NCBI RefSeq assembly: GCF_009914755.1
Contig: NC_060930.1
From: the human T2T-CHM13v2.0 reference genome, Homo sapiens
Direction: 5' to 3' (one strand)
DNA length: 64,000 bases
Part shown: one piece after another, positions 1-12,281 of the stretch
Layout: every line of letters begins with the position of its first letter
Position numbering within the stretch: the first letter of the stretch is position 1
The notes under the pieces: generated by a model
Told to the model about the DNA's origin: nothing
What the model saw: only the letters and a program-made list of their open reading frames with translations
Databases searched by the model: none
Translations under genes and position numbers: made by a program

Positions 1-1174
1 TGTGAGAGCCCTTAAAGTAATTTTTATAGATGGTACAACTATAAGAGCATCATTCTGATGTATACTAATTAAGAATCACTTTGGTTTCTTGTCAGCCAAA
101 TTTATTATATTACAATTTTATTGTCTTTTTCTTTCCATCAAATATTATGATTAACTAGATAATTTTCCTACAATCCTAAGAAACATTCATCTAAAGAATT
201 ATCTGGTACATAGCACATAGAATATTAAGACATCGTCTCAGAAATCTGGTGAAATTTCAGTCATGAGCTTGTTGTTGGGTCATAGAAGAGAAGGTTATGG
301 AAAACTCCTATGACTCTCAATGGCTTTGGCTGTTGGAATTCAAACATATTTATGACACAGCGTATTTTGTAAATACACTGTGAATGTGAAATCAAACTCC
401 TTTCCATAGTTCCAAGGGATTTGGATAAGAAACCTGAACATTTTAAATCAGTCAGATATAATTATTTTTCTGTAAGTTAGTCTTGTTAGGAATGATGATA
501 GCACTAAAAAATGGCAAAACAAATTCTGGAAAAAAAAGAAAATATTTGGTGGCTTTTATCCTATTTCAGACTGGTTTTACTCAGAAACTGAAATACAGAA
601 TTATTTCCCAATTACTTAGTTGTTGGTAGTAGAAATAAGAATCTGAAAAAATGTGCAAGTTAAATAAATACGTCCTAAAGAACAACAACACAATGCCTAC
701 AGATTTAGACACAACAGAATAGACTATATGAATTCTATATCATAGTTTTCTGTAAGTTTTATCTGTTAAAAGTTTTAAGGTTGTTCTTTCCTTTGCAGCG
801 ATGAATCAAGTTTCTTCTGGAGTCCATTGGGGAATACTCGTTTTTCAGCTAGAAGGCTAGCTTCTTTTTTCACTGCAACATTTATGTTTGCTGCCTAAGT
901 GGCTTCTGTCACATCTTGTTATTTTTGATGTTTTTCATTTTTGAATGTTTCTATAAATAAAAAAAGAAGGGTTTATCAGAAATAAGTATTGAAAATAACC
1001 AGAAAGGAAACTGCCTGCTTTCAAATACTGTCGACACTCACATGCATATGGTTTTTGAGAAACGGTTGGAAGCAAAGCAGAAAGAGCCAGCAAAATAAAG
1101 AAAAAAAAAAAAGAAACAGAAGAAAGTAAGCTTTTCACTCTTCAGAAACAAGGTAGATACTTGTATGAGGTAGG

Positions 1175-1408
1175 AGATAATAGCTTACATGTATAAAGTG
1201 TTTTTCCGTGGACAAAATGCTTTTCTTTGCGTTTCAGTTCATCCTTATAACAACTCTATCATATGGGTAATGTAAGGTAGAAAACTGAGGCCTCAGTGAA
1301 GTTGAGACCTGCCCAGCAATCACATAGCTAGTAAGAAGATGAAGCTGATTGTGTCTAAAAATGTCTGTTTCCAGACTCAACAGGCTTTGGCTGTGGCACT
1401 ATGCCTCC
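1175..1408 (-). mobile_element. MIR SINE fragment
   Basis: Reverse MIR core aaactgaggc...cacatagctagtaag. Confidence 0.75.
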
Positions 1409-1861
1409 TGAATAGAATGCAAGCCTATTGGAGTTCTAAGAACTACAGAGGAGGAAAAAGGTACCTAATAATTGTTAAACTGAAGAAAAATCAACAGGCC
1501 TCCAGCATAAGCTGTACTATCTAAAGCTCCTAGTTAACATGTACACATACCTGGCATTGAGACAACATCATGTCAGACTCTCAAATAAAGCAAGCTACGC
1601 TACGAATAGGAATTGTGCCTATCTTCAGGCAAGACACTTTATTCCTTTCTACTATGGCTTTATGGAGCGCGATGGATGGGTAATTAAAAGAAGCCCTAAA
1701 AGTAAGCACTACAAGTGGTCAAGAGGAACAGAAAACCAGAAATCTCTCTGACCCTCCCCTGCTTCTATTGTATTAGAGGTTAGTTAAGTGCTAACTGCCA
1801 GGACCTGGAGAGAAAGTCTCTGTTGGTCTTCCTTCTGAGCACTCAATAGCCTATAACTGCC

Positions 1862-2030
1862 TGCCTCCCTCCCTCCTTCCCTCCCTCCCTCCCTTCCTTC
1901 TTTCCTTCCTCCCTCCCTCCCTCCCTTCCTTCCTCCTTCCTTCCATTTGTTTTCCTTCCCTTCTTCTCCTCTCCCACTTTCCCTCACTTTCTTCTTTTTT
2001 TTCTTCCTGCTTCCTCTCTTCTTTTCTTCT
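1862..2030. repeat. (CCCT/CCTT)n and CT-rich simple repeat
   Basis: Almost pure polypyrimidine tract seen directly. Confidence 0.95.
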
Positions 2031-2049
2031 TTGAATTATTTTTCTGTAA

Positions 2050-2205
2050 CACTAGCTGTATAACCTAAAGTAATTTACTTTAGGTTACTAACCTTTATAT
2101 GCCTCATTTTCTCATTTTTTTTTAAAGGAGAAGGAGGAGAATAATGCCTATTGAATGGAATAGTTGCAAAGATAGAATATGTCAATAAATGTAAAAAGAC
2201 TAAAA
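2050..2205 (+). mobile_element. MIR SINE fragment
   Basis: actagctgtataacct...gcctcattttctcat...gagaataatgccta resembles the MIR core. Confidence 0.7.
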
Positions 2206-2579
2206 TTATCTCACTATCTCAGCGATTTTCATGATGTGTGTGAAACACAGAAACAAAATATGCAGTTCTGTGGCTCCTGAGGAGGTCACAGACTACTTGA
2301 GAAGGAAGAAAGGTAATGTCAAAGGAGAAAGAAGAGCGATTTCTCCACATACCATGGTAATTTCCCTAATCATCTGAATTTACTTTCCTCTGTCAACATT
2401 TCCATCAGTGTTAACTGGGACTGGGAGCTGGAGTGGTCAGTGGGTTGATGGTGAAGAGAACCTGGATTGCATACTCTCCTAGATTTCCTTCCCTCTCCTC
2501 ATGATCCACTGTCCTCAATGGCTGCCTTTAGCTTTTTAGATCTTTCTTATATGACAAACAGTAATAAAACCATATACTG

Positions 2580-2720
2580 TAGAATATACATTTTAGATAT
2601 AAGAACACAAGATTTTTAGGCAGTATGCCCAGATTTAATTCCCACTTCTATCATTTACTATCTTTGTGACTTTATCTATAAAAAGGAATAACAGCAATAT
2701 TTCTTCCTTACAGTGCTGCT
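2580..2720 (+). mobile_element. MIR fragment
   Basis: cccacttctatcatttactatctttgtgacttt...atctataaaaaggaataacagc. Confidence 0.55.
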
Positions 2721-2764
2721 TTTCTTAGGGAGCAGGGGGATGGGATGAAGGAAAATGAAATAAA

Positions 2765-2985
2765 TGAATTGTAGTACAGAGAATTGGAAACTGAAGACCT
2801 AAGTCTGATTCCTGAGTCTACAACTTAACTGGCTGTGTATTTTGAGGAATCTCTGAATTCCATTTCCTTATCAGTGGATAAGTTTTCATTATAATAACTG
2901 AATCATAGAGAGTTGAGGAAATACCAAATGAAATAATGAGCTTGCAATTACTTTGTAAAATGTAAAGTGCTACAGAAATATCACT
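2765..2985 (+). mobile_element. MIR (MIRc/MIR3-like)
   Basis: gaagacctaagtctgattcctg...taactggctgtgtatttt...ctttgtaaaatgtaaagtgcta. Confidence 0.65.
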
Positions 2986-4330
2986 TGCCATTGCCATCTC
3001 AGAGTCACATAAAACTATTATAAGCATGCAGTTTGAAAGTTCAATCTGTCATCTTGACAGTTATTTGTCCAACTCTCCCTTGTCAATAAGCTGATTTAAG
3101 ATAGTACACAGTTAAGCAGAAAAATGGGAGTTGAGGTAATTAAAATAATTAGATTATTTCCAAATAAAAAACTGGGATTTAAACAATCTTAGTTTTAGAA
3201 GAGACCTTATACGTCAGCTCACCCTGCCTGATCTAACCCAATCTTCACCCAGTGCAGTGGTCCTCTAAATTACATCTATGCTCTGGTGGCAAGCTCTAGT
3301 TGACAGAGCAGGAGATTCCACATTGAATAGAAACTGTGTTTCTTGCATACTACCTTTCAGGAAATCTCAAAATGTGCAAGAAATGTTTTTCTGACAATAA
3401 TTTAGGTTCTAAAATCCAAATTGATTTAAAGTCTTTATCTTTTTGGCATTCACCTACTCCTTTTGGAAATGTCACAAGTTCAATAAAGAGGTGATGATTC
3501 TCATGTTGAAATGGATATTCACTGAACCAATTACTCAGTTGATCAGACTAACTGAGGTATTTGGAATCATGTAGACAAGTTTCCTTGGAGATCAAGTAAA
3601 CTATTTCATTCATAGAAGAGTAGACATAGAATGGAGTTTCATTTTGCTTTTTGCTTTTCTTTCTCAAAAATACAGGCTAAATAAGTGTCATTCAATGGTC
3701 AGAATTACATCTTTTTAATAATAACTTACAAAATGAAGTTATAAGCATAAAATTACATGGGTAATTATTAGAATAAGAAGGTTAAAGTGAAAGAAAATTT
3801 CAATTTCGTTATATTTTAGAGGAATCAAGCTGAAGTATGTCTAAAAGTAATTTACATTCTCTTATAAACCTGATGTTTCCTAAAGTGTTAATTTGAAGGA
3901 AAGCTGTTCCCTTGTCACTTTTGGGAAACTTTGAGTGCCAGTCCCCTGAAATTGCTCAATGTGATGGTGAACACTCAAACCTGCCATGAACCATCTACCT
4001 CTTTTAGGATGCAACTTGATTGTGGTTTCTTGGAGTCTCTTCTGAACAGTTTCAACAGGATTTTCATTCATGTTTTCATATTTTTACCCACCATTAACTT
4101 CCCTTTCCTTTGTATCTTTTGTCATCAAATTGTTGGCTGAGACTGAACAAACAAATAATACAAGTTAATAGCTGCTTTATTTCCCCTCTCATTTGAAGTG
4201 ATTAAGTGAGTATTGTATCATGTTTCAGAGATGAGTCTTCTATGTGTACTCCAGCAACTGTTTTTGCATACAGAAAATGTTTGATAGAATCCACACATAA
4301 TCTGTCAAGCACAAGATAGGAGTCTGGGGT

Positions 4331-5050
4331 TCATTTTTGTATTCAAGAAATACTTACTGTGACCCTCTTATGAGCCAGACACTTTCCTATAACCTAAGGA
4401 TAGAGCAAACTGATAAAAAATCCCTGCCTTCATAGTGACCTTATGTGGAGTAGGTGACCAATAATCAAAATAAAAAGGACACTGCAAAATATGTTAGAGA
4501 GCACAAAGGAGGCAGATAGTGCCAGACAGGAGGGTTATAGTTTTAAAATAAGGTGATCACTAAGAAGGTAACCATTGAATAAAGACCTAAAGGAAGTGAA
4601 TCTGAAAGCCACATGGATCTCTGGGGAAAGATTATGCCATTTAGATAAAATAGTCTGTGCCAGCCTTGAGGATGGAGCTCTCCTAGGGTTTTTGAGAAAC
4701 AGCTATGAGGCCAACATATCCAGAGTAGTGAGAAAGGAGAAGTAGAGAGGCCACTGGAGGATATTGAGGAGAGGAGTTACACAATCTGGCTTAAGATTAT
4801 TATACACTTACTCTGGCTGTTGTGTTGGGAATGGACACTATGGGCCATGTGTACGAGCAAATAGACTAGTTAGAAAGCAAGTGCAAGAATCCAGATGAGA
4901 GACAGTGGTTGATAGCAGCAGATAGCTTAGACTTGGTTGGTAGCAGTAGCCATGGAAAAAAAAATGGGCATATTCCGATGTTCTTTGAAGATAAAGCCAA
5001 TCAGACTTTCTGGTAGAGTGGTGTGATAAGTGAGAAGAAATGAAAGGTTG
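4331..5050 (-). mobile_element. L2 LINE 3' fragment
   Basis: Reverse L2 3' end attcaagaaatacttactg...gccagacact...tccctgccttcatag, followed by purine-rich L2 body. Confidence 0.8.
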
Positions 5051-5065
5051 TTCACAATTCTTCTA

Positions 5066-5535
5066 GTGCATTATTTTTCAAAGTGTGATCCATAGAACCC
5101 CTACAGCAGACTCACCTGAGATATATTGAAACACATCCCCGTGGTATACCTGAATCATACTTTTTCACTAAAGGGCTAGACAGTAAATATCTGTTACCAT
5201 TACTTGACTGTGCTGATAGAACACTAAAGCAGTCATAGACAATGTTTAAATAAGTGTAGATGTGTTCCAATAAAACTTTATTCATAGATATTAAAATTTG
5301 AAATTTATAAAATTTTTACATGTCAAAAATATTATTTTTAAATATTCCTTAACATTTGAAAATGAAAAATCAAACATTCCTGCCACCCCAGCCATAAAAA
5401 ATCAGGCAATGGGACCTATTAATATTTTACCCATAGGCCATGATGGTTTCCCAGCTCTGCTCTAGAGAATAGATCCCAAGAATATGTATTTTTAACATAC
5501 ACATTAAGCGATATTTTAAAGCACAAGAACTTTCC
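5066..5535 (+). mobile_element. MER5A (hAT-Charlie) split by MER58B
   Basis: ttcaaagtgtgatcc...cacctg...ctgaatca (5' part) and cccaagaatatgtatttttaaca (3' part). Confidence 0.65.
5158..5459 (+). mobile_element. MER58B (hAT-Charlie MITE)
   Basis: aaagggctagacagtaaatat...aaagcagtcatagacaat...tgtgttccaataaaactttatt; followed by ctctagag, a Charlie-type target site. Confidence 0.85.
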
Positions 5536-5665
5536 TGTAAGATAAGTATTTTTATTCTAATTTTAAAGATAAGAAAACAAAATCACAAACAAATGTGACA
5601 TTCTTTGAATTAGAGCTTAGTCTTGGGTCTGTCTCATTGCAAAACTTGCACTTTCTACCATCCCC
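5535..5665 (-). mobile_element. MIR fragment
   Basis: attttaaagataagaaaac...gggtctgtctcattgcaaaac. Confidence 0.5.
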
Positions 5666-6759
5666 CAGCACCTCATGGAATAGTTTCCCAGGGGTTAATA
5701 TTTCTGTTCAACCATAGATGGAGCAGAGAGCAGAGTAAAAAGAAAAGAAAAAGGTTGCTTTGCCTAGAGAACTGTTTTTCCCTCTCAATATGGTACACGG
5801 TTTTGCCTTCATAATTAGCATTCTGCTGATGAGATCTCCCATTGGTGAAGGCTTGCGAGTAAGATTTCCATGAAGAGCAAACACTGCAGGAAATAAATTA
5901 ATCTCTAGGGAAGAAGAGGGGCCAGGTTGTCAGTGCTCACACAACTTCCTAATAGGAAATGATATTTCAGAATTGTTCAAAGAATGAAATGACTGTGGGT
6001 TCTCCTTGCAGCACATTCTTAAACATTTAAATCTTCTGAGAAGAGGGAGATAGGTTGCTATAAAATGAAGAGCAATCCTATAACATTTTTCTTTAGGGTG
6101 TCAGTATTTCCAAACTAAAATAGCCTTATCTAGAAGTGTAAAATAAATTCTACTAATATCGTTATTCTGTTTATATTATAAGAAATCTACATTGATGTTA
6201 AATATAAAGATGAAAGGACAGATTTTTAAATCATTGGTTAAAAATTATACGATATTTTAAATAACAGGTTTTCTAGACTTTGGAATAAAAGTAATTTTTG
6301 CACTTAGAACACTACTTAGAATAACATTGAATTATTGAGGTGTTTCTTCATTAAAATTAAGAAACAACAATGTGCTTTATGATCTAAACTACCTAACTCT
6401 TGATCCCATATAATCAGCCTTTCAATTAAGGTCTTTAATATAGAACCTCTGACTTGTCTAATCCTCAAAATGGTCCTGATAGGAAACTACTTAGGTTTTA
6501 TTTTCCACGATACAAATAGGATCTGAGGTTTACACTAAACATTTAGATTAAACTAAAGCTACAGAATAATTCTTTATTCTCTAGCTTCCACCTTGGCCTA
6601 AGAGGAGAGCTTTCCCAGGGAGTTTGTTTTTTTCTGACCTGTTTAAATTCCCAAACTAAGTAGGATCTTAGACAGGGTGAATCACCTGTATGTGAGTCTC
6701 ACTTAGAAATAAGACCATTTGAGTCCAACAGTTTCAATGTTCTAACTCAGAGTAAGCCA

Positions 6760-6950
6760 GAGGATCACAGGCTTTCAGAACTGACAGGGCATACAGATTA
6801 TCTGGTATACCCACTATTTTGATGGAGAAAGTCAAGCTCAGAGAAATGAAATGGCTTCTGAAATGCTATGCATCTAGGTTGTGGCAGAACTGGGACTCAA
6901 ACTTGGAGTGCCTTGGGTTTCATTTTCTAGCCCAGGGTTTGTCTTACTAC
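6760..6950 (-). mobile_element. MIR3/MIRc
   Basis: gctcagagaaatgaaatggctt...gtggcagaactgggactcaaac. Confidence 0.7.
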
Positions 6951-7289
6951 TTGACTAGTCTAATTTATGAAGGACAAGCAGTGACACAGATTTAGTGTAA
7001 AGTTGTAGGGAAAATTCGAAGAACATAGTCAAAGCTACAATAGGAAGAAAATTACATTAGAAAATATGGATCAGGAGAGTATAACATTTGCTTATTAGAA
7101 AACATTTATGTTTATGTAGGACAAAAACAAATAAGCATATTTAAAAGGTCATCCTTCCTGGCAGTGATTTGAGTTTCTAGAGAGACATAAGGAAGAAAAA
7201 GGAAAATGGCCCCCTGTTTAGCCAGGAAGATAACCGGAAGCAATGGCAGCAATTAATGAGTGACCCACATAATAATCAGATCCTCCTCA

Positions 7290-7638
7290 GAACTAAATAA
7301 TCATCCTCTTGTACCAAATGGCTGCGCCCTTGGCTGAAAAAAAGCCACATTGCCCATAACCATAGACCCTTCTCAGGGACAGCTGCATCCAATGATTGTT
7401 TGATGCAGGGGGTATAAAGGTCTGTTCCCCACCCCCTAATTCAGGACAACCCTGAAGAACCATGCCAGCTCCAGATCTCCCTATGGGATCAGTTGAGGTC
7501 TTTGTTGTGACTGTATCATGATTCAATTTTTCCCTCTGCCCAGACCTGCTTCTGGGACTCTGCCTCAAGCGCTGTTCCTGGGAGCACTTTCCAATCAACT
7601 TTCCACATGTAAATCAACCCAGGGAACTGGATGCAACA
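7290..7638 (+). mobile_element. LTR16-family solo LTR (ERVL)
   Basis: ccaatgattg...ggggtataaagg...gctccagatctccctatgggatcag...gggagcactt...agggaac...aca matches the LTR16 layout. Confidence 0.8.
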
Positions 7639-8159
7639 AATAGTTCAATGAAAACATTTCCACTTAACACATGTTATTACTAAAAATAGACCTTAAGCTG
7701 AATAAACATTGAAGCCCTGTGTTCCTCCTTAGCTATTGCTGCTGAAGTAAGATGGGGAAAGAGTCCATTAGAGAGCGTCAGGGCATCCATGTCTCTACAC
7801 AATTGGAGTGTTTCTTTTACTCTGAGGAATCAGTGACATCATCAAAAAGGGTTTCTCACCCCCTCCATGTTCATAGCATTCACAAAGGCTATAACATTTC
7901 CAAGAGCATACTGCTCTCAAAGGCAAAAAATGCAGACAGAAACTCAGAGACTGAAAGATCCATAACATCAAGTCGCCACAGCCAGCAATTTACAGAGCGT
8001 ATCATAGGAAAACAAAGTTTTCCTTAGCAATCAATTCATAAAGATTCAGTAGTTAATTATTATAGCCTGACTTCATTGTAGCTTATTATGTACTCTACTA
8101 ACTTTTACCTATTTGATCTAATATAATCTTCAAAAAAAAAAGCACATGGTATAGCACTA

Positions 8160-8300
8160 CTAGTAACTCAATTTTACAAATAAAGGAATAGTCTTAAATA
8201 ACTAATTGCTCATGGTATATAGCTACCTAATGGGGGAGCCAAAATGTAAACCCAGAAATCTCAGTTCAGCCTCTGAAGGTCTGCACTTTATCATTCTATC
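8160..8300 (-). mobile_element. MIR fragment
   Basis: attttacaaataaagga...agctacctaatgggggagccaaaatgtaaacccag. Confidence 0.6.
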
Positions 8301-11300
8301 ACTTAATCATCCTACTTTCAGAGAACTTTTTTTTAAGTAATTTATGGATAAAATAACATGTAGAATTAATAATAATGTTCTTAAAATAAGGCATGGGCAT
8401 CACTAAGCAACAAGAGTGAATCAAGGACCCACAGAAGAAGGTCATCTAGAATCTGGTGAAATGTTTTCATCAGTTTCTTAGTGAAGACATCAGTGGCTGA
8501 CAGCACTGATCCTGAGTGAGGTTTTACCGTACTCTTGGCTGGAATAGAGTCTTATTACACAATTCGTGTTCAGTCATTCACAGCAAAATTTCAGTTGTTG
8601 ACATTGAATACCAAGATAACTAGTTTCCTTAGTACAATTATTAGATACATATTTGAAAAGGTTCCACCCCATGTAACTGAAAGAATTAGGTCTGGGTATC
8701 CTGAAAGAGCAACATTAGAAAAGCAAAGCAGCACCCCTATCTTAATTAGGCTTTTTTTTTTTTAAGTCAGTGATATGCTACAAAGTCTCTGCAACTGTTA
8801 CTCTCGTCAAAGAGAATTTAGGAAATGACTGACTTATGTCTAAGCATTAGAAAGAGGAGAAAGCTCAGAAAAGGCCTGCTCTACCCATCCTGAACTCAAA
8901 GAAGGCTACTACATATTCCATGAGCTATCCATATGAAGTATGGTAAATGTTAAGTATGGCTCCAGTGAGTCTTTTTTTTGGAAATGAAGAACATATACTA
9001 TATTATATAAGATGAAAATAAAGTTTGAAAAATTATATTTTTGCTCTACTTTTGTATTTTTATATATAGAATTATCACACAATTATAATCCATAAGGAAG
9101 AAATACTGTAATTATTGCATTTACAAATGGGAAAGCAAATAAAAATATTGCCAAGATGTTCATACTGGGTAATTTCTAAATAAATGCATGTTAAAATCAA
9201 ATTGATCTAGGAAAGGAGATTCCATTTTACTCTCTTGAATGAAGTTAGGGGGTCTCACTTGCCTAGAACCACTGCTTTAATTCCAGGTCATCTTTGTCCC
9301 TAAAATCATCACTTACAAGTAATACGTTCAAAGCAGGTGCTGCTCTGGTCTGTAACATACGCTGTACTACTCACTCAAGGCACAAAGCTGGGACTACTGC
9401 TGTACCATCCCAGAAAGATTCACATACAAGAGAAGATTAGATAATGTTTCCCTCTGATTGAAACAAAAACTTTGATCTCAGGAATTGTGTTATCTGGTAC
9501 TTTTTAGAATCCACAATCTTAAAGAAAGAAAGAAAAACAAGTTCCAATGAATTAATAATGGCTTGAGACTCAATGCGCTGCAGCAATTTTCACTGCAGTG
9601 GTTGTTTCTTTTATAGTCATACTTGATTAGTATTAGAAATTTGGAGGAATTGCAATATGCGTGATTTTCAAAGCCCTTTACAGAATTTCATTTTTCTCTC
9701 TCGGAGAGAGTCAATGAAAAGGTAATAAGAAAAGCTCTATGGGACTTTCTTATAGGAGTGTCAGAAGCCAGTAAGCTAACTACATGAAAGAACCCAGATT
9801 GTGCAGACAGGGTTTGGAGCAGAAACACTTCAGAGACTTTATCTAGTATTTTGACTTTTATATGTCCTTGGAGAAGAAAGCATGCTAGCTACAAAACCAA
9901 ATAAGGAGGAGAAAGGAGCAAACCGTATGCTTAAGAATAATTACAGTTTCAATTTTTGTATGAACTAAATGTGAAGTTTCAAAGATAAAGTGTAATAGAA
10001 ATTGAGGGGGTTTGGTGTGTCTAAAATATTGGCAAGAAACAAACTTCTTATTTCCCTTGCTAGCTCATCCCAAATTTCTGCCATATGGAAGTTAGTCTGG
10101 GTAGCTTAATTGAATGCTATCAACTCCTCCACAAGTCCGTTTGCTTTTGTTTTGCACTCAGTAGAGATGAAAAATATCAGATCACAATCTCTATAAACTA
10201 AACCATCATAATTCAAGCTTGCATTCAGTGACTTATCTGACGCTTCTTTAAATTTAAAACATCTCAATTATTTTAACCTCTTTTCAAGACAGTAATTCTT
10301 CTTGTTCATTGTTCCAGCAAAAATATTATTATCACAACAATACAAGTAATCTTGAAATATTTCATTGCCATGAAAACCATAAATGAGGTGAAAAATCTAA
10401 TAGTGGAAAACAATAAACATTACTATTATTATTGTGAGTGTTCAATATCATGCTTCACATAAATCTTCATTTCAATGTGATTGGCAGAGCAGGGTGATCA
10501 CTTGGGCTGAGTCATATATTCCAAATAAAATAATAGTAAGAATCTGTCCATTGCACCTTTGTCATGTGGACAGTTAAACCACCGTGGTTTAACTGACCTA
10601 TAGTCACATCAGTACCTGCTACTGCTGTGGCCCCACGGTTGCTCCTTTCTTTCTCTTCATCCACCAAATCATTCTGACTACCAATCAGTACTTTTGAATC
10701 CAGGCCAGCTTGATTTGGGTGAAGTTTCTTGGTTATGTCTACGTGATGACGCTGAAATGACACAGGTCACAAGTAAATTATCAGTCCAAAATAAATGCTT
10801 CATAGAGATATGAAAGATTTATCACATGGCAATTCATTTCTGTATGTCTGAAACAGAACATTTGACATGTCAAAGCAAGCTACAAATTATATGTTCATCA
10901 ATATATTTTGGAAACTGAGGTGTACAATTTTTGAAGCAATCTAAGTAACTAGAATAAGAAGTCATTTTAGGCATAGAAAACCATCTGCAAAGACTATTTG
11001 TGTATATTACTTTCTTCTTGTGAAGCTTATAAAATATTTTTCATTTAGAAAATTTTTACTTAGTTTTTATTATTATAGTTAACTAATCCAGCACTTCATT
11101 ATATATTACATAATTACATATTATATAATCAAAAGCAGATTTCATTTCTGTATCATCTGTACTCTTTATATAAAACAAATCATAACATCTACTATAAATT
11201 AAACCACATTTTTAATCAGCATTATGCAAATTTGACAAAGCTCCTTTAGTCAATTTCAGAGTAATAATTCATCATAACAATGAATTATTAAGGCACAGCA

Positions 11301-11819
11301 TCAATGGTCCCTATAACTCATCTCACATGTAAGAGATGTCACAGCATTTGACATTATACTGACACACTGTATGCTTCAAAGAATCATCAGATGGGAACAA
11401 AAAGTGAAGACTTCAATTGGAAATTAAACTTCCAGTACTTAATTAATTCATACCCAAGTCCAGACTAGAAGTTTGTCAAATTGAATAAGATTACAGAATA
11501 TGTGAAGATTCTCAGCGTAAATATTAGCTAATCAATTATGGCCATTCAGGCTAGCCATGTTGGCTCACTAAAGGATAGTATAATGGACAACTTTCCTGTA
11601 AAGTTTCTCCTGTAGACCATATATTGCATGAAATTCATTAAAAGCTTGATTTTATAAAATCAACCACTTTTAAAGCTTGAGAAAGGCCAATAAGGAAATT
11701 AGGCTTTAGAATGATTAAATAATTCACTTGAGTTAACAAAATGAACAGTGCTGAGCCTTACGATATGAATCCTGAACTTTGGACAGTGTTCTTCATGATT
11801 GATTTCTTAAGATTTTTAA

Positions 11820-12281
11820 TGTGGTGGACTGGATGTATGGATAGCCCTCATTCTTCACCCATCTCTGTATCCATGTCCTTTCTATAGAATTTTGCAGTGC
11901 CCTCCTACTCTGACTTTTGGCCTATCAATGTGGCTTCTTCTGGCCCAATAGGATATTGACACAGAGGCTTGAAAGAGGCTTGCACAATTGTTTTTGCTCA
12001 TTCCTTAACTTCCACTATGCCATGAGGCTATGCCTAGACTAGCTGGCTGCAGATTGAACATGAGATGGGCAGAGTTAGGTCACCCCAGTTGTCCAAGCTG
12101 AAGCAAACAACAGCCAGAGGAGCCCCAGACGTTTGGGTGAAACCAGTCTAGATCATCTGAGACCAGCTCAAGTCAGATGAATTCCACAGCTTCATGAACT
12201 AAATGAATGTGATTTTGGTTGTATGCCATTATGTTTTTCTGGTGGTTATGCAGCATTGTATGCTGACGGATAACTGGTACA
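11820..12281 (+). mobile_element. MLT1H-like MaLR solo LTR
   Basis: TG...CA termini (tgtggtgg...taactggtaca); near-identical 5-bp TSD tttaa/ttcaa; MLT1 motifs gaggcttgaaa and gccatgag. Confidence 0.85.

Noticed and set aside
1284-1297. 14-bp palindrome ACTGAGGCCTCAGT
   Set aside because: Only about two changes from the MIR consensus, and a 7-bp arm is expected by chance.
10512-10763. Minus ORF containing [17 protein letters not shown], loosely like a small-GTPase G4 motif (LVGNKxDL)
   Set aside because: NKxD is not conserved, no other G-box is nearby, and the start is not ATG; most likely coincidence.
11224-11231. Octamer motif ATGCAAAT (also at 16309, 27550, and reversed at 18135)
   Set aside because: None forms the canonical SOX-OCT composite, and several hits are expected in AT-rich 64 kb.
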